Assembly (NCBI GenBank): GCA_963664305.2
Contig: CAXXLV010000002.1
Coordinates: forward strand, 1,408,001 to 1,472,000
From: an uncultured Aliarcobacter sp.
GTDB lineage: Bacteria > Campylobacterota > Campylobacteria > Campylobacterales > Arcobacteraceae
Length of the DNA: 64,000 bases
Reading direction: 5' to 3'
The number at the start of each line of letters is the position of its first letter. The stretch's first letter is position 1. The translations under genes and the position numbers were made by a program. This document shows positions 9,467 through 19,159 of the stretch, in pieces. The notes below the pieces were generated by a model. It did not search any database, was not told the origin of the DNA, and worked only from the letters and a program-made list of their open reading frames with translations.

Positions 9467-10504
9467 ATGAGCAAAAAAAAAGTTATGGTTGGAATGAGTG
9501 GTGGAATTGATTCTTCAGTTACTGCTTATATGTTACAAAAAGATGGCTATGAAGTTGAAGGAGTTTATCTAAAACTTCACAACAGAACTGATGGTTATCA
9601 TGAAAAAAATTTAGGTTATATTGAGGATGTAGCTAAATTTTTAAATATCAAATACCACATATTAGACTTAGCAAGTGAATTTTCAAAAGAAGTTTATGAT
9701 TATTTTGTTAATTCTTATTTAGAAGGAATTACTCCAAATCCATGTGTAAAATGTAATCGTCAAATAAAATTTGGTGCTATGCTTGATTTTGCCAAAAAAC
9801 ATGGTGCAGATTTTTTAGCAACAGGACATTATGCAAAAACTGATGGTAAGTTTTTTTATGAAGCTGATGATAAAACAAAAGACCAAAGTTATTTCTTATC
9901 ACAAGTAGATAAAGATGCACTTCAATATATGATGTTTCCTTTAAGTACTTATAAAAAAGAAGATATCGTAAAATTAGGTGCAGAGTTAGATGTTGCTTAT
10001 AAAAAAATTACAGAAAAAAGTGAATCTCAAGAGATTTGTTTTGTTGAGACAGTTTACACTGACGTTGTAAAAAAACATGCTAACATTGACCAAGAAGGTG
10101 ATGTTTTAGATGAAAATGGAAATGTTGTCGGAATTCATAAAGGTTTTGCACACTATACAATAGGGAAAAGAAGAGGATTTACAGTAAAAGGTGCTCAAGA
10201 GCCACATTTTGTTACAAAATTAAATCCAAAAGATAATACTATTGTTGTTGGTAAAAAAGAAGCATTAGAAGTAAATGAAGTTATTGCAAAAGATTTAAAT
10301 ATGTTTATTGATGATACTAAATTTTCTTGTAGCGTAAAACTAAGATATCGTTCAACTTCAACACCTTGTGAAGTAGAAATAAAAGATGAAAAAGTTTATA
10401 TTAATTTAAAAGAACCAGTTTATGGAGTAGCAGCAGGACAACTTGCTGTTTTTTATGATGGGCAAAAAGTAATTGGAAGTGCTTGGATAGAAAGTACTAA
10501 ATAG
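9467..10504 (+). CDS. mnmA: tRNA 2-thiouridine(34) synthase, CxxC-type
   Basis: SGGIDS, PNPCVKCN, ATGHY, KDQSYFL, ESQEICF. Confidence 0.95.
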   Translation: MSKKKVMVGMSGGIDSSVTAYMLQKDGYEVEGVYLKLHNRTDGYHEKNLGYIEDVAKFLNIKYHILDLASEFSKEVYDYFVNSYLEGITPNPCVKCNRQIKFGAMLDFAKKHGADFLATGHYAKTDGKFFYEADDKTKDQSYFLSQVDKDALQYMMFPLSTYKKEDIVKLGAELDVAYKKITEKSESQEICFVETVYTDVVKKHANIDQEGDVLDENGNVVGIHKGFAHYTIGKRRGFTVKGAQEPHFVTKLNPKDNTIVVGKKEALEVNEVIAKDLNMFIDDTKFSCSVKLRYRSTSTPCEVEIKDEKVYINLKEPVYGVAAGQLAVFYDGQKVIGSAWIESTK

Positions 10505-10516
10505 TTTTTAAAATTT

Positions 10517-10543
10517 ATAATTTAGGAGAAACTCCTAAATTAT
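10517..10543. terminator. Hairpin between convergent mnmA and porin genes
   Basis: ATAATTTAGGAG-AAA-CTCCTAAATTAT. Confidence 0.8.
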
Positions 10544-10550
10544 ATCTGTA

Positions 10551-11678
10551 TTAGAATGTATATTCTACGCTTGCTAATACATAGTTTTGATCAGTTGTTG
10601 CATCATTTGAAGTATCTGATTCATCACTATCAATATTTGCAAATAAAATTGAAGTACCTAAAGATTCAGTTATAGAATAACCTGCTGTTAAGTTTAACTC
10701 TTTTTCTTTAAAGTCATCAGCTGTATAAGTTGTTACACCATATAATGCACCTAATTCAACACCAGCAATTGTGTATCCTAAAGAACCATATACATTTCTT
10801 GCATCTGCACGATAAATTGCATTTCCACTATCAAATGGCACATAGTTATCACCAGCAGCTGCCATTGATCCAATACCATTATCTTTACCAGTTTTAATGT
10901 ATCCAACTGCTGCAGTTAAATCAGCAATTGTTGTATTTAACTCTAATGCTAACATTGAACCATCATCTGTATTTACTGCATCTTCATTAGATGCTGCATA
11001 ATGAACAAGTCCACCAACATAATCAGTTGTAAATGTAGTTTTTAAACCATACCAATCTGCAACATCTGGAGCAGAATAAGCATAAGGATTAAATTCTACA
11101 GATTGTAAACCTGCATATTTAATATCTGCAACATAAGCACCTTTGTTTCCATTGATATCAGTAAAATCTTCACTTACATCAATTCCAGATTCAGCTTGTC
11201 TATTTGCAAATCCTAATACAATTGTAGTGTCAGGTACAGCTGTAATTGCTGCAACTACAGACTCATTATAATCACCTAACCATTCAAGATCGATAGCTTG
11301 TCTACCAGCACTAATAGCAAAACCATCCATTGCATATTTTATATATGCTTCAGTCATTAAAGAATGATTTGCGAAATTATCATTATAATCACCATGCTCA
11401 ACTTCACCAAGTTTTAAGTTTCCTTTAAACTCAGCTTTTGCTGATAAACCATAGAAAGAACCTGTTTCAAAAGCAACTGTAGCATTTCCATTTCCATATC
11501 CAGAATCAGTACCACCATCTTTTAAATCATATTTAGCACCATATAATGCTAAGCTCCCTGAAGCTTTACCTTCTTTAAATGCAGCATCAATTGTATCTGC
11601 ACCAAATGCCATAGTTGAACTTAAAATTAATCCGCAAGCTACTAAACTTATTGTTTGACCTCTTAAAAGGTTTTTCAT
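10551..11678 (-). CDS. Outer membrane porin (OprD/Campylobacterota MOMP-like beta-barrel)
   Basis: Signal peptide (..AFG/ADT), amphipathic strands, AGRQ motif, C-terminal VEYTF. Confidence 0.85.
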   Translation of the reverse strand: MKNLLRGQTISLVACGLILSSTMAFGADTIDAAFKEGKASGSLALYGAKYDLKDGGTDSGYGNGNATVAFETGSFYGLSAKAEFKGNLKLGEVEHGDYNDNFANHSLMTEAYIKYAMDGFAISAGRQAIDLEWLGDYNESVVAAITAVPDTTIVLGFANRQAESGIDVSEDFTDINGNKGAYVADIKYAGLQSVEFNPYAYSAPDVADWYGLKTTFTTDYVGGLVHYAASNEDAVNTDDGSMLALELNTTIADLTAAVGYIKTGKDNGIGSMAAAGDNYVPFDSGNAIYRADARNVYGSLGYTIAGVELGALYGVTTYTADDFKEKELNLTAGYSITESLGTSILFANIDSDESDTSNDATTDQNYVLASVEYTF

Positions 11679-11702
11679 ATTATTTCCTTATAATAAAATT
11701 TT

Positions 11703-11758
11703 GAATGACTACATTCGCGCAAATGTTTCATTCGTATTAGAAGAACAGTCAAATTATA
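11703..11758 (-). promoter_or_regulatory. Porin -10 box (TATAAT) and 5'UTR hairpin
   Basis: TATAAT on the minus strand at 11753-11758; stem GAATGA..ACATT/AATGT..TCATTC at 11703-11733. Confidence 0.5.
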
Positions 11759-12013
11759 ACAATTTATAAACTACAAAAAATATTTTGACTGTATATTTTT
11801 TATACTTTTAAACATAATTGTTTTTTATCTAATTTGTTGATTAATTAAACTACTATTCTAAATGTCAATGTATATTTTATACAAATAAAAATTAATTTTC
11901 AATAATAATATTGATAACTATTCTTAAATGATACTTGATTTACAATATATACTTAATATTCATTAAGTGCATTTTAGATAAAATTAGACATATTAAAATC
12001 TAAGGAAATATTT

Positions 12014-12946
12014 ATGTCAACATTTAAACTTTTTAGTGGTTCAGCTAATCCTGAATTTGCAAGAAAAGTAGGTGAATATTTAAGTATGCCAGTTTCAGAT
12101 GCAACTTTAAATAAATTTAGTGATGGTGAAATCTCTGTACAAATAACTGAAAGTGTAAGAGGTCAAGATGTATTTATAATTCAACCAACATGTGCACCAA
12201 CAAATGATAATCTAATGGAATTATTAATTATGGTTGATGCTCTTAAACGTTCAAGTGCAAAATCAATTTCTGCAGTTATGCCATATTATGGATATGCAAG
12301 ACAAGATAGAAAAGCAGCTCCAAGAGTTCCAATTACAGCAAAATTAGTTGCTGATTTATTAGAAGCTGCAGGAATCACAAGAGTTGTGACTATTGATTTA
12401 CACGCTGCTCAAATTCAAGGCTTCTTTAATATTCCTGCAGATAACTTATTTGGGTCAATTTTATTTGTAAATTATATTAAAAGTAAACATCTGAAAAATC
12501 CAATCATTGCAAGTCCAGACATTGGTGGTGTTGCTCGTGCTAGATCTTATGCAGATAAACTAGGTTATGATTTAGTTATTGTTGATAAAAAAAGAGAAAA
12601 AGCAAATGTTGCTGAAGTAATGAATATTATTGGTGATGTTAAAGGCAGAGATGTTATCTTAGTTGATGATATGGTTGATACAGCTGGAACATTAGTAAAA
12701 GCTGCTGAAGTTTTAAAGAAAAAAGGTGCAACTTCTGTAATGGCATGTTGTACACATGGTGTATTAAGTGGTCCTGCATATGAAAGAATTGAAAAAGGTG
12801 AACTAGATGAATTAGTTATATCTGACACAATTCCTACACAAAAAAATGCTAAAAAAATAACTGTTTTAACAGCTTCAAGCATGATAGGTGAAGCGATTAG
12901 AAGAATCTATAATAATGAGTCTGTTAATTCAATTTTTAATGCTTAA
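12014..12946 (+). CDS. prs: Ribose-phosphate pyrophosphokinase
   Basis: FSDGE, YYGYARQDRK, DLHAAQIQGFF, VDDMVDTAGT. Confidence 0.98.
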   Translation: MSTFKLFSGSANPEFARKVGEYLSMPVSDATLNKFSDGEISVQITESVRGQDVFIIQPTCAPTNDNLMELLIMVDALKRSSAKSISAVMPYYGYARQDRKAAPRVPITAKLVADLLEAAGITRVVTIDLHAAQIQGFFNIPADNLFGSILFVNYIKSKHLKNPIIASPDIGGVARARSYADKLGYDLVIVDKKREKANVAEVMNIIGDVKGRDVILVDDMVDTAGTLVKAAEVLKKKGATSVMACCTHGVLSGPAYERIEKGELDELVISDTIPTQKNAKKITVLTASSMIGEAIRRIYNNESVNSIFNA

Positions 12947-13005
12947 TATTAAAAATTTAAAAAACATGGTATAATTCGCGAAATTATTATCCAAAAGGAA
13001 AAAAC

Positions 13006-14022
13006 ATGAAAAGAGTATTATTATCAACAATTGCTTGTGCTTCTTTAGCATTAGCTGCGAACAGTGATTACAAATATGAAATTACTCCATTAATCGGTGG
13101 AGTTGTTACTGAAGGTAATTTAGATTTAGATAGAAACTATGCAAATGCTGGTTTAAGTTTAGGTTTCAATCAATTTGATTCTTTCATTGATCAAGTTGAA
13201 TTAGGTTTCTTAAGATCAATTGAAGATGTTGGTTATAATGGTACTAACTCAGATACAGGAATTACAAGAATATTCACTAACTTAGTTAAAGAATACCCAA
13301 TTACTGCAGATACTTCATTATATACATTAGTTGGAGCTGGAGTAGAAATTTTTGATAACGAAGATTTCGGAAATAAAGATGGATTATTTGGTAACTATGG
13401 TGCAGGGATTAAATACAAAGTTGCTGACGAATTATCTTTAAAATTTGACGTAAGACATGTAATTGAAGCTGACCACGGAGATAATAACTTATTATATACT
13501 CTAGGTTTTGCTGTTCCATTTGGTGAAGTTGCAAAAGCTGCTCCAGTAGTTGAAAAACCAGCTCCAGTTGAAAAACCAGCTCCAGTTGCTGCACCAAAAG
13601 ATACTGATGGTGATGGTGTTCTTGATAACTTAGATGAATGTCCAGATACAATGAAAGGTGCTAAAGTTGATACAGTTGGTTGTATGACTTTAATTAACTT
13701 AAACATCAATTTTGATACAGACAAATCTGTGATTAAAGATTCTTATAATTCAAGAATTGCTGAATTTGCAAAAATGATGAAAGCAAATCCAAAATTAAAA
13801 GCATCAATTGAAGCACATACTGACTCAGTTGGTTCAAATGCATATAACCAAAAATTATCAGAAAGAAGAGCTGCTTCTACTGTTAAAGCATTAACTGATT
13901 TAGGTGTTGATAGCACTAAAATCAAAGCTGTTGGGTTTGGAGAAACTAGACCTGTAGCATCAAATGATACTGTTGAAGGAAGAGCTGAAAACAGAAGAGT
14001 TGAAGCTGTAATGGTTAAATAA
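13006..14022 (+). CDS. OmpA/OprF-family outer membrane protein (CadF-like)
   Basis: Signal peptide, N-terminal barrel, Pro/Ala linker, DTDGDGV.D..D.CP motif, C-terminal AHTDS..N..LS.RRA..NRRV domain. Confidence 0.9.
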   Translation: MKRVLLSTIACASLALAANSDYKYEITPLIGGVVTEGNLDLDRNYANAGLSLGFNQFDSFIDQVELGFLRSIEDVGYNGTNSDTGITRIFTNLVKEYPITADTSLYTLVGAGVEIFDNEDFGNKDGLFGNYGAGIKYKVADELSLKFDVRHVIEADHGDNNLLYTLGFAVPFGEVAKAAPVVEKPAPVEKPAPVAAPKDTDGDGVLDNLDECPDTMKGAKVDTVGCMTLINLNINFDTDKSVIKDSYNSRIAEFAKMMKANPKLKASIEAHTDSVGSNAYNQKLSERRAASTVKALTDLGVDSTKIKAVGFGETRPVASNDTVEGRAENRRVEAVMVK

Positions 14023-14043
14023 TTCTAGTAATAGTTTTATTTT

Positions 14044-14074
14044 GAGGGTAGGAATTAATCCTACCCTTTTTTTT
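14044..14074 (+). terminator. Intrinsic terminator
   Basis: AGGGTAGGA-ATTAA-TCCTACCCT followed by a T run. Confidence 0.9.
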
Positions 14075-14155
14075 ATTTCTTAAATAAATAACTTTAAACC
14101 AAATAAAATTATTATTTTGTTATTATCTAAAAAATTATTTATTTAAAGGAAAATA

Positions 14156-15214
14156 ATGAAAAAAATCTTATTGACTTCAATTTTCTGCTCAACAATTATT
14201 TTAGCAGCAAGTGACCCAAGTAAATCTTATAGTTATGAAATAACACCTTTTGTTTCAGGTATCTTAACTGATAGTAAAGTAAATTTAAATGATGATTCAT
14301 ATATAAATGGAGGCATTTCTATTGGAAAAAACTTCACTGATTTTTTTATTGACCAAGCTGAAATTGCATATATGAGAAGTGCAAGTGTTGCTTATAAAAA
14401 TTCTTCTGATACAGGAAATACAAATATAAATCGTATCTTTTTAAATGCTGTTAAAAAATATGAATTAACTGATAGATTATCTGCTTATGGTCTAGCTGGT
14501 ATTGGTTATCAAGATATAACTCAAGAGCAAGATAAATTAAAAGACTCTCCTATTTTTAATTATGGTATTGGGTTAAGATATGATATACCTTATTATGGAA
14601 TTGCTATAAAAGGTGATATAAGACATTTAATTGCGACAAAAGAAAATCAAAATGATGTGATGTATACATTAGGTTTAGGAATGCCTTTAGGAAAAACTTA
14701 TAAAGATGATGAAATTGTTGCAAAGGTTCCAAAAATTGAAGAACCTAAAGTTCAAAAAGAAGTGCCAATAAAAGACGTAATAATTGATAACGATGATGAT
14801 AAAGATGGTGTAACAAATAATCTTGATAAATGTCCAAATACATCTTTTGGTATAAAAGTTAATAAAGATGGTTGTGTAGAAACACTAAACTTAAATATCA
14901 ATTTTGATAATAACTCAACAGAAATAAATTCAACTTATAAAAATGAATTAATAAAATTTGCTAACATAATGAAAAAGAATAAAAATATGACTGCACTAAT
15001 TGAAGCACACACTGATTCAAAAGGTAGTGATGAATATAATTTAAATCTTTCTAATAGAAGAGCTGTATCAGTTGTAAATGAACTTAAATCTTTAGGAATA
15101 GAATATACAAGATTAAAAGCTATTGGATATGGAGAAACTCAACCAATTGCAACTAATGATACAGAAGAAGGAAAAGCTAAAAATAGAAGAGTTACAGCTT
15201 TATTAAATCAATAA
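14156..15214 (+). CDS. Second OmpA/OprF-family (CadF-like) paralog
   Basis: Same architecture: YEITP, DDDKDGV.N..D.CP, AHTDS, NRRV. Confidence 0.9.
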   Translation: MKKILLTSIFCSTIILAASDPSKSYSYEITPFVSGILTDSKVNLNDDSYINGGISIGKNFTDFFIDQAEIAYMRSASVAYKNSSDTGNTNINRIFLNAVKKYELTDRLSAYGLAGIGYQDITQEQDKLKDSPIFNYGIGLRYDIPYYGIAIKGDIRHLIATKENQNDVMYTLGLGMPLGKTYKDDEIVAKVPKIEEPKVQKEVPIKDVIIDNDDDKDGVTNNLDKCPNTSFGIKVNKDGCVETLNLNINFDNNSTEINSTYKNELIKFANIMKKNKNMTALIEAHTDSKGSDEYNLNLSNRRAVSVVNELKSLGIEYTRLKAIGYGETQPIATNDTEEGKAKNRRVTALLNQ

Positions 15215-15216
15215 TA

Positions 15217-15248
15217 TTTAAAGATTTAGAAAATTCTAAATCTTTAAA
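15217..15248 (+). terminator. AT-rich hairpin after the second ompA-like gene
   Basis: TTTAAAGATTTAGAA-AA-TTCTAAATCTTTAAA. Confidence 0.6.
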
Positions 15249-15341
15249 ACATACAAAAAATCATTTAACTAGAAACTTACTAAACTTTAGATATAATCGC
15301 GAATAATTTAATAAAACAACAAACAAATACTAGGAAGAACT

Positions 15342-17129
15342 TTGCAAAAAAATATTAGAAATTTTAGTATTATTGCACATATTGATCATGGAAAATCAAC
15401 ACTTGCAGATAGAATTATTCAAGAATGTGGAGCTATTACTGATAGAGAAATGACTTCTCAAGTTATGGATACAATGGATATCGAAAAAGAAAGAGGTATC
15501 ACTATCAAAGCCCAAAGTGTTAGGCTTGATTATGTAAAAGATGGACAAAAATATGTTTTAAATCTTATTGACACTCCAGGTCACGTTGACTTTTCATATG
15601 AAGTAAGCCGTTCATTAGCTTCTTCAGAGGGTGCTTTACTTATTGTTGATTCAACTCAAGGTGTTGAAGCACAAACAATTGCAAATGTTTATATTGCTAT
15701 GGATAATGATTTAGAATTATTACCAGTTGTAAATAAAATAGATTTACCAAGTGCTGACCCAATTAGAGTTTTAGAAGAAGTTGAAGAAGCTATTGGACTT
15801 GATTGTACACAACATAATCTAATTTCAGCAAAAACTGGTCTTGGAGTAAAAGATTTAATTGATTCAATAGTTGATAGAGTTCCAGCTCCAAATGGAGATG
15901 AAAATGCACCAACTAAAGCACTTATTTATGACTCATGGTTTGATAACTATCTTGGAGCTTTAGCACTTGTTAGAGTTTATGATGGAAGTATAAAAAAAGG
16001 TCAAAAAATAAGACTTATGAATACAAAAGTTGAACATCAAGTAATTGGACTTATGTATCCACATCCATTAAAAAGACAAGATACGCTTGAAATCAAAACA
16101 GGTGAAATTGGAATTGTTGTTCTTGGACTTAAAACTTTAGATGGTATTGCAGTTGGTGATACTATGACTGATGCAAAAACTCCAACAGCTGAAGCAATTG
16201 ACGGATTTGAACCTGCAAAACCATTTGTATTTGCTGGAATTTATCCAATTGAAACTGATAAATTTGAAGATTTAAGAGATGCTTTAAATAAATTGAAATT
16301 AAATGACTCTTCAATCTCTTTCGAACCAGAAAGTTCAGCTGCTTTAGGAAGTGGATTTAGAACTGGTTTCTTAGGAATGCTTCATATGGAAGTTATCAAA
16401 GAAAGACTTGAGAGAGAATTTGACTTAGATTTAATTGCAACTGCACCAACAGTTGTTTATAGAGTTGAAAAAAGTAATGGGGAAGTTATTGAGATTCAAA
16501 ATCCTTCTGAGTTACCTGAACCAAATTATATAAAAACAATTTTTGAACCATATGTAAAAGCAACTATTTTAGTACCTGATGAATTTTTAGGAAATGTTAT
16601 AAAACTTCTTAATGATAAAAGAGGAATCCAAATAAAAATGGATTATTTAGGGAAAAGAGTTTTACTTGAATATGATTTACCAATGAATGAAATTGTTATG
16701 GATTTTTATGATAAATTAAAATCAACAACAAAAGGTTATGCTTCATTTGACTATGAACCAGTTGGATTTAGACCTGGAAATCTTAAAAAACTTGATATCA
16801 GAGTTGCTGGTGATGTTGTTGATGCCTTATCTATTATCGTTCCTGATGATAAAGCAGTTTCAAAAGGAAGAGAGTTTGTAAAAGCTCTAAAAGAATTAAT
16901 TCCTAGACAACTTTTCGAAGTAGCCGTTCAAGCAAGTATTGGAAGTACAGTAATTGCCAGAGAAACTGTAAAATCAATGGGGAAAAATGTAACTGCAAAA
17001 TGTTATGGTGGAGATATTACAAGAAAAAGAAAACTTCTTGAAAAACAAAAAGAAGGTAAAAAAAGAATGAAAGCAATAGGAAAAGTAAATGTTCCTCAAG
17101 AAGCTTTCATGGCTGTTTTAAAAATATAA
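15342..17129 (+). CDS. lepA: Elongation factor 4
   Basis: [23 protein letters not shown]-terminal [28 protein letters not shown] start. Confidence 0.98.
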   Translation: MQKNIRNFSIIAHIDHGKSTLADRIIQECGAITDREMTSQVMDTMDIEKERGITIKAQSVRLDYVKDGQKYVLNLIDTPGHVDFSYEVSRSLASSEGALLIVDSTQGVEAQTIANVYIAMDNDLELLPVVNKIDLPSADPIRVLEEVEEAIGLDCTQHNLISAKTGLGVKDLIDSIVDRVPAPNGDENAPTKALIYDSWFDNYLGALALVRVYDGSIKKGQKIRLMNTKVEHQVIGLMYPHPLKRQDTLEIKTGEIGIVVLGLKTLDGIAVGDTMTDAKTPTAEAIDGFEPAKPFVFAGIYPIETDKFEDLRDALNKLKLNDSSISFEPESSAALGSGFRTGFLGMLHMEVIKERLEREFDLDLIATAPTVVYRVEKSNGEVIEIQNPSELPEPNYIKTIFEPYVKATILVPDEFLGNVIKLLNDKRGIQIKMDYLGKRVLLEYDLPMNEIVMDFYDKLKSTTKGYASFDYEPVGFRPGNLKKLDIRVAGDVVDALSIIVPDDKAVSKGREFVKALKELIPRQLFEVAVQASIGSTVIARETVKSMGKNVTAKCYGGDITRKRKLLEKQKEGKKRMKAIGKVNVPQEAFMAVLKI

Positions 17130-17136
17130 TTTCATC

Positions 17137-17235
17137 TTTTGGCAAATTCTTTCGTCAAATCAATAATTTAAATGCTCACGTACTTTTGGTACGCTGCGCT
17201 TTAAATTCTTTCTTTTCCTTGAATTTCAGTCAAAA
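17137..17235. repeat. About 100-bp imperfect palindromic element (REP/RPE-like)
   Basis: Core AATTTAAA-TGCTCA-CGTAC-TTTTG-GTACG-CTGCGC-TTTAAATT; outer TTTTGGC/GTCAAAA and AAATTC/GAATTT pairings. Confidence 0.6.
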
Positions 17236-17262
17236 TCTAAAACTCTATTTTCAAAAATTATA

Positions 17263-17664
17263 CTATAGAAAGAATCTATTGTTACAAACTTTACAACTCT
17301 GCATTTCACCATATGTATGAGAATTTGAATATCTTAAATGAATAAATTTATTTTCATTTTCAAAACAAATTGGACAAAAAGGTATTTTATCTCCTTCTTT
17401 CCAATACAATATCCCATCAAAAGATAAAGATTCTTTTTCTTCAATTTTATTTCTTAATTCCCTAATCACATCATCTTTCTCAATTAAATCCACTTTAATA
17501 TCTGCTAATTCCATTTTTAAATCTGCCAAAGAACTAATTAATTCTGCCAATTTCAATTTCGTTTCTGCTTCACTTAAAGAACTAGTGCTATCACTAATAA
17601 GTTTAGCAATGTCCATTGATGTTTTTAAATGTGAAAATGCTGTTCCAATTATTGCTAAATCCAT
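17263..17664 (-). CDS. Hypothetical protein: N-terminal coiled coil plus C-terminal CxxC...CxxC zinc ribbon
   Basis: Heptad-rich helix, FCPICF and CKVC; start moved to the ATG at 17664 behind AAGGGA. Confidence 0.75.
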   Translation of the reverse strand: MDLAIIGTAFSHLKTSMDIAKLISDSTSSLSEAETKLKLAELISSLADLKMELADIKVDLIEKDDVIRELRNKIEEKESLSFDGILYWKEGDKIPFCPICFENENKFIHLRYSNSHTYGEMQSCKVCNNRFFL

Positions 17665-17708
17665 AAGTTCCCTTCTAAATAATTTTAACAATTATAGCAA
17701 AATTTAAA

Positions 17709-17903
17709 TAACGCTCTTAAAATGTGAGCATTTTCAAAATAGCGTTAAGAAAAATCTATCTAAATTTGTAAAGAAATTTGAACTGTTTGAGGTGGAGGAA
17801 CGGAACCGAGTTTTCAAATTTTAAAATTTAGATAGATTTTTTAGCTATTTTGGAACTAGCGAACGCTTTTCTTTTGTTTCTTTTCTTTACTAAAAAGAAA
17901 AGA
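17709..17903. repeat. Long palindromic intergenic element
   Basis: Perfect 18-bp stem 17750-17767/17824-17841, outer AAAATAGC/GCTATTTT, inner AAATTTGAA/TTCAAATTT, terminal TCTTTTCTTT/AAAGAAAAGA hairpin. Confidence 0.65.
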
Positions 17904-17930
17904 TATATAATATATGTTATTATTTATTTT

Positions 17931-18503
17931 ATGATTTGCTTAACCTGTAAAAACCTATCATTTGAAATTATCTGCAAAGATTGTCAAAAAAATCTTTTAA
18001 TACCCTCTTTTCATAAAAGAGAAATTGAAGATGGCTTTTTTAATTACTCATTTTACTCTTTATCAGAACTTGAAGATTTAATCTCTTCAAAATACTATTT
18101 TCATGGAGATAGAGTTTATAATCTTTTAGCAAAACTATCTTTTGCCAAATTTGCTTTAAATTTCACTTTTTCAAACCAAGTTTTTGCAATTCCTATTGAT
18201 GACCATACAAGACATGATTTTTCTCATACTGCAATCTTAGCAAAACATCTAAAATCACAATTTATAACTCCTAAATACAACTCATTAAAAGCTACAAAAA
18301 TAATCAAATATGCAGGAAAAGATTTGGAATTTAGACAAAAAAATCCAAGAAAATTTAAAGTTACAAATATATCTAATCAAATGACAATTTTATGTGATGA
18401 TTTAATCACAACAGGTGCTACAATTAGAGAAGCAAAAAAGGCTCTAGAAAAAAGAAATAATCAGGTTTTATTTTCTTTAACCCTAGCTGATGCAAAACTT
18501 TAG
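17931..18503 (+). CDS. ComF-family (Zn ribbon + PRTase-like) competence protein
   Basis: CLTC...CKDC, DDLITTGAT. The ORF-track start at 17850 lies inside the repeat; ATG 17931 preferred. Confidence 0.85.
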   Translation: MICLTCKNLSFEIICKDCQKNLLIPSFHKREIEDGFFNYSFYSLSELEDLISSKYYFHGDRVYNLLAKLSFAKFALNFTFSNQVFAIPIDDHTRHDFSHTAILAKHLKSQFITPKYNSLKATKIIKYAGKDLEFRQKNPRKFKVTNISNQMTILCDDLITTGATIREAKKALEKRNNQVLFSLTLADAKL

Positions 18504-18533
18504 TATAATTTATTTTTTACAAAGGGAACTAAA

Positions 18534-19139
18534 GTGATAGGAATTATTGATTATAATATGGGAAATTTAGCAAGTGTTTATAACGCTTGTCATTTATTAG
18601 ATGCAAAAGCAACTATTGTTAAAAATCCTGAAGATTTAAAAAATTTTGATAGAGTTATATTACCAGGTGTTGGTGCATATGGTGATGCTATGGAGCATTT
18701 AATAAAAACAGGTATGAATCAAGCTGTTTATGAATTTGCAAAAAGTGGTAAACCAATGATTGGAATTTGTCTTGGAATGCAACTTTTATTTGAAAGTTCA
18801 CAAGAGTTTGGTCATACTGATGGTTTAGGCTTAATTGATGGTGTTGTAGTAAAATTTGATAAATCTAAAATGAGTGAAGATTTTAAAATTCCTCACATGG
18901 GTTGGAATACAATTGTAAATAAAGAGCACCCTTTATTTGAAGGACTTCATAATCCATATTTATATTTTGTTCATTCTTATCATGCAGTTACAAGAGAAGA
19001 AAATATAATTGGTAAAACAACATATGGATATGAATTTGCAAGTGCTGTAAATAAAGATAATATTTATGGTTTCCAACCACATCCAGAAAAATCTCACGAT
19101 AATGGATTAAAAATTTTAAAAAACTTTATGAATTTATAA
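18534..19139 (+). CDS. hisH: Imidazole glycerol phosphate synthase subunit HisH
   Basis: LPGVG, GICLGMQ, PHMGWN, YFVHSY, FQPHPEKS. Confidence 0.97.
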   Translation: MIGIIDYNMGNLASVYNACHLLDAKATIVKNPEDLKNFDRVILPGVGAYGDAMEHLIKTGMNQAVYEFAKSGKPMIGICLGMQLLFESSQEFGHTDGLGLIDGVVVKFDKSKMSEDFKIPHMGWNTIVNKEHPLFEGLHNPYLYFVHSYHAVTREENIIGKTTYGYEFASAVNKDNIYGFQPHPEKSHDNGLKILKNFMNL

Positions 19140-19159
19140 TAAATTAAAAAGGAGTTCTC

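Noticed and set aside
17705..17750. Integron attC site (TAAC...GTTA hairpin)
   Set aside because: About 45 bp, shorter than typical attC sites; poor RYYYAAC match; no integrase or second cassette.
17850..17930. N-terminal extension of ComF
   Set aside because: It reads through the palindromic element; the Zn-finger domain begins at ATG 17931.
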